This document shows positions 26,692 to 31,469 of a DNA stretch of 31,469 bases, piece by piece. The number at the start of each line of letters is the position of its first letter. Within the stretch, counting starts at the first letter, position 1. Origin of the DNA: Candidatus Hermodarchaeota archaeon (lineage in GTDB: Archaea > Asgardarchaeota > Hermodarchaeia > Hermodarchaeales > Hermodarchaeaceae); contig JAEOUH010000039.1 in assembly GCA_016839365.1 (NCBI GenBank), forward strand, positions 1-31,469, given 5' to 3'. Made by a program: the position numbers and the translations under genes. The notes under the pieces were generated by a model, which saw only the letters and a program-made list of their open reading frames with translations, did no database searches and was not told where the DNA came from.

Positions 26692-27309
26692 CTAGCCCTC
26701 CTCCTTTAATCGTTCAATTTCTTTTTCTAATTCAGAGACGCGCTTTTCGGGTTCGGGGAGTGAGGTACCTGTTTCTACTTCGATTTCTGAATCGAGCTCC
26801 CGAAGTGCGTCTTTCACTTCGCCATCAGTGACCTCGGTGGAAACGGCCATCCGGTCCATTCCCGCTTCGGCGACTTCTTGGGTCATTTCGAAGTGACGAA
26901 GGTTGCCTTCGATCTGATCAACAAGTTGTGCAACCTCAGGAACCTTAACCTGGTTCTTCAGTCCGCCAAGGGCAGAGTTGAGCTGGCCTAGGATTTTAGC
27001 CACTTCACCCATGGCTTCACTTTGGCGTAGTTGGGTTTGTAATCCTTCAATACGGAGACGATAGGCATCTACGCTCAGAGCCCATTTTTGGAATCGCAGA
27101 TGATGTTGAAGGTACATCCGCGTGGCATCCATATTACCCGATAACCGGTACTTTTTGGCCCGTTCACGGCTTTTACTCGCTTCTTTTTCGAGCATCTTCC
27201 GTTGTAAATCGAGCTTCCGGCAGAAGACATCAAGACGGAAGATGAGCTTCTTCAGATCGGGTCCACCGCCCAGCCAATTCATAAATCGGCGAATAGCAGA
27301 CATTGTCAT
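26692..27309 (-). CDS. ESCRT-III subunit, Snf7 family, Vps2/24/46 (CHMP1-3) class
   Basis: LIFRL..F.RKL......LEKE......AKK....GNMD.TRMY as in CHMP1/Did2; C-terminal ELEKEIERLK (MIM1-like). Start at ATG 27309 or 27303. Confidence 0.9.
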   Translation of the reverse strand: MTMSAIRRFMNWLGGGPDLKKLIFRLDVFCRKLDLQRKMLEKEASKSRERAKKYRLSGNMDATRMYLQHHLRFQKWALSVDAYRLRIEGLQTQLRQSEAMGEVAKILGQLNSALGGLKNQVKVPEVAQLVDQIEGNLRHFEMTQEVAEAGMDRMAVSTEVTDGEVKDALRELDSEIEVETGTSLPEPEKRVSELEKEIERLKEEG

Positions 27310-27647
27310 TAACCTACCACTGACACCCTTCAAATCGGGACTATTATACTTTTGGTCTATTAGCCTTTAATTGCACGGTTCCATATATCGATTCGCAAAA
27401 CCCAAGAGGTTTAGAAGCCTTTTAATGGCGTAGGACTTTGCCATGGAACAGCTTATGAATTGATAATTGGTTTAGGTTCAAAGGATCTACAAGACCGTCT
27501 TTTGTAAAGGGTCTCAATTACTGGGTTCGCCATTACCATCACTGTCCAAGGACTGACATTATATGCATAAAAACGTTTAACATTCAATTGTAAAGAGATA
27601 CAGAGACCAACATACATCAAAATAGTAACAAGTTAGGTGGTGGAAAC

Positions 27648-28196
27648 TTGCAAATAAACTCCGGTTTGTTGATTGCGATAGCAGAAATCGCAGGTATCTT
27701 TGTAGGATTCGGTGCCCTCATCGGAATCACTCGCGAGAACAAGATTGCGATAGCCCAACTTGCACGGATTCGCGGTGTGGTCATAGTTGGACTAGGATTA
27801 ATAATCGCCGCCCTTATACCGGTCGGTCTTAGCCTTTACGGCCTCACTGATCACACCCTCTGGTTTATTTCTAGCCTCATCTTCTTTTCTCTCAACTGGA
27901 CCGGCATCATCTTGTCTATGCGAGATCCTTTGTATAGAGAACTTATGAAAACCGAGATGCAGACCAGCCCAGTTATCTACGTACTTTTTTGGCTCGGCCT
28001 AGAGCTCCCCCTTCAAGCACCATTGGTTCTAACCATGCTTGGCTTGTTTCCTAATCTAGAATCCGCCTTCTACATAACTGCGCTCTTGTTTAACCTCTTT
28101 CAGGCTGCGTTCGCACTGGTGCAACTAGTCCATTCGCAAGCAGACTTACAAGAGCCTGGTAGGTCCACTAAATCGCAAGACCAAATAGCTGACTGA
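27648..28196 (+). CDS. Integral membrane protein of unknown function (~5 TM)
   Basis: Hydrophobic segments; IAEIAGIFVGFGALI N-terminus; SD-like AGGTGG upstream of TTG. Confidence 0.7.
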   Translation: MQINSGLLIAIAEIAGIFVGFGALIGITRENKIAIAQLARIRGVVIVGLGLIIAALIPVGLSLYGLTDHTLWFISSLIFFSLNWTGIILSMRDPLYRELMKTEMQTSPVIYVLFWLGLELPLQAPLVLTMLGLFPNLESAFYITALLFNLFQAAFALVQLVHSQADLQEPGRSTKSQDQIAD

Positions 28197-28253
28197 TTAT
28201 CATATCGGTTTCAAAATATACTTTGTTATTATTTTTAGCTATTAGAGAATTAA

Positions 28254-28367
28254 CCTGCAAAATTTGCCATCCGCTAGTGCGTAGCCGCAAAGACTAAAGA
28301 AGGCGTTTCTGGGGGCGATAACTGCATGATGTTTCCAAGAGTTTTCTCGAGTGATAACTGAAAAAGT
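28254..28367. repeat. Imperfect direct repeat, copy 1 (114 bp)
   Basis: Aligns by hand with 30658-30772, with about 20 differences including one indel (~83% identity). Confidence 0.9.
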
Positions 28368-28538
28368 CAAAACCTTCTCATGCTATCATCGCATTACTAA
28401 AACAGCCAAAGCAAAATCCCGAAGATTAATTTAAAATTCTCTTCGACTGTTATCAGAAATTGCACTAGTCTTAAATATCGAATCACTCAACGCACATCAC
28501 GCTTCTAAATAGTATTTTGAATTTAGGAGGAAGTTACG

Positions 28539-30443
28539 ATATCTAAGCGTAAGGATGCGTCGAAATATACTGCTCAAGCCAACAAGAAAGTCCTCACTAA
28601 TCCGGTGTTGAAGTGGGATGACCGAGAAGACTGGGAAGCTGCACAACGTGGCTTTATTGCTAAACTGGAAGATCCCAATATTAGGAATGAGGAAGGCCGA
28701 TCAGTCTGGGACTTGAATGCCTTTGCATTTCTCGATGAAGAAAAAGCTCCTCCCACAGCAAATCCTAGCCTGTGGCGACAAGCCCGACTAAACATGCTAC
28801 ACGGTCTATTCAAAATCCATGACCGTATTTATCAGGTCCGTGGTTATGACTTATCAGTGATCAGTTTCATTGTAGGTGAGACTGGCTTCATTGTTATTGA
28901 CCCCCTGATTTCTGAAGAACCTGCAAAGGCCGCTCTCGAGTTGCTCTACAAGCATGTTGGTAAAAAACCCATCAAAGCGGTGATCTACACCCACAGTCAC
29001 ATTGACCACTGGGGTGGAGTGAAAGGTATCGTCTCCGAAGAAGATGTCAAATCAGGGAAGACAAAAATCATCGCATCAAAAGGTTTCATGCACTACGCTA
29101 TCAGCGAAAACATCCTGGCAGGCAACGCCATGAGTCGCCGCGTCACCTACATGTATGGCAGCCTCTTACCCAAAGATGAGAAGGGCGTCATCGACGCCGG
29201 CTTGGGCAAAACCGTGTCCACCGGTAAGACGGGGCTAATCGCTCCCACCGATATCATCATCGAAACAGGAACGAAAATGACCATTGATGGGGTCGATATC
29301 GTTTTCCAATTCACCCCTGGAACCGAAGCGCCTACGGAAATTAATTTCTACTTCCCGCAATTCAGGGCACTCTGCATGGCTGAAAATTGCTCCCATAACC
29401 TCCATAACCTCTACACGCTTCGGGGTGCTGAAGTGCGTGATGCCCTAGCCTGGGCACACTACATAGACGAAGCCATTGAGCTATTCGGTGATAAAAGTGA
29501 CCTCTGTTTCATGAGTCACCATTGGCCCGTATGGGGTAAGGATAAAATTTTGACCTTTCTCAAGCGCCAGCGGGATGTCTATAAATATATCCATGACGAA
29601 GTCCTACGCCTCGCCAATCATGGGTACACTATGCTCGAAATCGCCGAGATGCTTGTATTACCTAAGAGCCTTACTGAAGCCTGGTACAATCGTGGCTACT
29701 ATGGTAGCATAAACCATGATGCGAAAGCCGTCTATCAGAAGTACCTTGGATTCTTCGATGGAAACCCAGCAAACCTCCACAAACTGCCACCAGAAGAGGC
29801 AAGCATCCATTATGTGGAGTTCATGGGCGGTGCTGATGCCGTCCTGGAAAAAGCCCGTAAGTACTTCGAGAAAGGTGAATATCGCTGGGTCGCACAGGTT
29901 GTCAACCACGTGGTTTTCGCAGATCCCAAGAACCAAGAAGCTCGTGATTTCCTGGCTGATGCCCTCGAACAACTCGGCTACCAAGCTGAATCGAGCCTCT
30001 GGCGCAATTGCTACCTTGCCGGTGCTCAAGAGTTACGCCAGGGCGTTCAAGATCTCCCTGCGACGAGACTGTTGTCGCCGGATATTATCAAAGGCACACC
30101 CGTTGAACAGTTCTTCGATTTTCTAGCTGTACGATTGAACGGACCCAAAGCAGAAGGTCGGCATATCATCATCAACCTCGACTTCAGTGACCCCAAAGAA
30201 CAGTATGTCCTGATCCTGGAAAATGCTGTACTGAATTATCACAAGAACCGACAAGATCCGAATGCAGATGTCACGCTTACACTTACTCGAGCTGACCTCA
30301 ACCAAGTACTTCTCCAAGAAGCAACCATTGAAGACCTCATTGATGCCAAGAAGATAATGTTCAAAGGGAACCGCAACAAAATCACCGAATTCCTGTCGCT
30401 TCTCGATACCTTTGAATTCTGGTTTAACATTATCACACCTTGA
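28539..30443 (+). CDS. Alkyl/aryl sulfatase (SdsA1/BDS1 type): metallo-beta-lactamase + dimerisation + SCP2-like domains
   Basis: NPSLWRQA.LN, YQVRGYD, THSHIDHWGG, PGTEAP.E, HNLYTLRGA.VRD, HHWP, GYYG, WRN.YL. The frame is open from 28527; homologous-looking sequence starts at about 28539. Confidence 0.93.
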   Translation: MSKRKDASKYTAQANKKVLTNPVLKWDDREDWEAAQRGFIAKLEDPNIRNEEGRSVWDLNAFAFLDEEKAPPTANPSLWRQARLNMLHGLFKIHDRIYQVRGYDLSVISFIVGETGFIVIDPLISEEPAKAALELLYKHVGKKPIKAVIYTHSHIDHWGGVKGIVSEEDVKSGKTKIIASKGFMHYAISENILAGNAMSRRVTYMYGSLLPKDEKGVIDAGLGKTVSTGKTGLIAPTDIIIETGTKMTIDGVDIVFQFTPGTEAPTEINFYFPQFRALCMAENCSHNLHNLYTLRGAEVRDALAWAHYIDEAIELFGDKSDLCFMSHHWPVWGKDKILTFLKRQRDVYKYIHDEVLRLANHGYTMLEIAEMLVLPKSLTEAWYNRGYYGSINHDAKAVYQKYLGFFDGNPANLHKLPPEEASIHYVEFMGGADAVLEKARKYFEKGEYRWVAQVVNHVVFADPKNQEARDFLADALEQLGYQAESSLWRNCYLAGAQELRQGVQDLPATRLLSPDIIKGTPVEQFFDFLAVRLNGPKAEGRHIIINLDFSDPKEQYVLILENAVLNYHKNRQDPNADVTLTLTRADLNQVLLQEATIEDLIDAKKIMFKGNRNKITEFLSLLDTFEFWFNIITP

Positions 30444-30657
30444 ACTCCGGCTAAGAGAACACTCATGGAACGGTTTTGTGTTCAAGACCGTCCATTGGCT
30501 CGCTAACTAACAACCTTTATTCCGTTCTTCCAAGTATTTTTTGAGCTACAAGAGGAGTATAACGAAGCTGATTCCATTTCTCTATATAGAAGCTAGACAA
30601 TTGAACTTCATATTAGGTTAATGGAAAAATCTCTAAAAATTCTGATTAGAAGGTTTT

Positions 30658-30772
30658 CCTGAAAATTTTGCCATCCGCTAATGCGTACCCGTAAAGACTA
30701 AAGGAGGCGTTCTTGCGGGCGATAACGGATTTAATGTTTCCAGGAGTTTTTTCGTGTGTTAACCGGAAAAGT
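30658..30772. repeat. Imperfect direct repeat, copy 2 (115 bp)
   Basis: See copy 1. Confidence 0.9.
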
Positions 30773-30840
30773 AGACTCCTTTTATTGTCATCGCACCGGT
30801 AAAGCACTTGTTCAGCTGCATAGACACGGATTCGTTTCAT

Positions 30841-30959
30841 CTAAGTATGGTCTACGGTTAGGACTACATTGCCTTGTTGTGCCCTTTTTCGACATAGCAA
30901 TGAGCTTCGACAATCTGTTCCAACGGATAGCATCTATCTATGACCGATTTGGCCTCACC
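30841..30959 (-). pseudogene. 3' remnant of an NAD(P)-dependent medium-chain dehydrogenase/reductase (MDR) gene
   Basis: Manual translation gives [29 protein letters not shown], then after a 1-nt frameshift (G)NVVLTVDHT*. This is the typical MDR C-terminus; there is no upstream coding continuation. Confidence 0.8.
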
Positions 30960-31150
30960 CGGGTGATATCTTCAGAAGTAGCCCTATCTATGGTGTGACA
31001 TTCACTGTAACAGGTGTACTTCGCAGGATATAAGATTCTCTGGAAAATAGTTCTAGACTTCGTTAGAGTTCTCTTGTTTGAGTAAGACTTGCATGCACGC
31101 ATGATTTATATGTTTAAGTTATATTTGCTGTGAAAAAAAGGGAAGATGCG

Positions 31151-31469
31151 TTGAATATATTTTTACTAATTATAGCATCCATAGCAGGAGTCCTTTTTCT
31201 TCTCTACATCGGATTATTACTGTATAAGTACTATTTGAGAAAGTCGACTAGAATAGAGACAGCTAATGGTATTAGTTCATTGGAGGAGATTACACTTGGT
31301 GACTTAAAACAATGGATATTTATCAGAGGTACAGATCAAAAAAATCCAGTTTTGATATTTTTACATGGTGGCCCTGGTGCGCCATTGTTGGGGATGTCAA
31401 GTTCGCGTAAATATGATGCCGAGTTAATTAAACATTTCACGGTAGTTCATTGGGATCAACGCGGGGCTG
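31151..31469 (+). CDS. Alpha/beta hydrolase (proline iminopeptidase-like) with N-terminal TM helix, truncated by the window end
   Basis: Manual translation from TTG 31151: MNIFLLIIASIAGVLFLLYIGLLLY...KQWIFIRG...NPVLIFLHGGPG...FTVVHWDQRGA. Confidence 0.88.
   Translation, partial: MNIFLLIIASIAGVLFLLYIGLLLYKYYLRKSTRIETANGISSLEEITLGDLKQWIFIRGTDQKNPVLIFLHGGPGAPLLGMSSSRKYDAELIKHFTVVHWDQRGA

Noticed and set aside
842-27370. Many short alternative-frame and antisense ORFs in the track (e.g. 18806-19264, 20018-20431, 24571-25002)
   Set aside because: They overlap well-supported genes and have no motifs of their own.
28254-30772. Canonical integron attC sites or a CRISPR array
   Set aside because: No clear RYYYAAC...GTTRRRY-bounded hairpin is conserved in both copies and there is no integrase in the window. 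Only two long copies 2.4 kb apart, unlike a CRISPR array.
30646-30840. 64-aa minus-strand ORF across repeat copy 2
   Set aside because: No recognisable family (at most a faint GNAT-like tail), and the equivalent frame is broken in copy 1. Treated as part of the repeat.
30756-30998. 80-aa + strand ORF
   Set aside because: Largely the antisense shadow of the MDR pseudogene fragment.
1-31469. tRNA/rRNA genes, transposases, selenocysteine read-through
   Set aside because: None recognised by eye. Intergenic gaps show no cloverleaf signatures and no TGA interrupts a conserved domain. tRNAscan-SE/Infernal would be needed to exclude small RNAs.

Overview
This window is archaeal and almost certainly from an Asgard archaeon. 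It carries two ESCRT-III genes (Vps2/24/46 and Vps20/32/60 classes), a steadiness-box protein, a gelsolin-X protein, a roadblock protein and ribosomal protein S26e; the exact lineage cannot be fixed from sequence alone. Bases 1-27.3 kb are densely packed and mostly core: F420 biosynthesis (FbiE-like nitroreductase + cofD), three aminoacyl-tRNA synthetases (Cys, Ser, Asp), a free-standing ThrRS editing domain, a GlmU-like nucleotidyltransferase with three divergent phosphohexomutases, trmY, two lipid enzymes (CDP-alcohol phosphatidyltransferase, DGGGP synthase), a PhoU/TrkA-C pair and trxB. The last ~4 kb is loosely packed and accessory-like: an alkyl sulfatase flanked by a ~115-bp imperfect direct repeat, gene debris and an alpha/beta hydrolase. 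Most notable are (i) an unannotated 236-aa protein (8057-8767) that by eye matches both members of the eukaryotic C1orf109/CINP pair, the adaptors of the SPATA5/AFG2 AAA+ complex, and (ii) a Zn-finger/coiled-coil/PH(GLUE/GRAM-like)/Pro-Tyr/steadiness-box protein converging on the ESCRT-III pair. All homology calls are by-eye motif recognition, not database searches.
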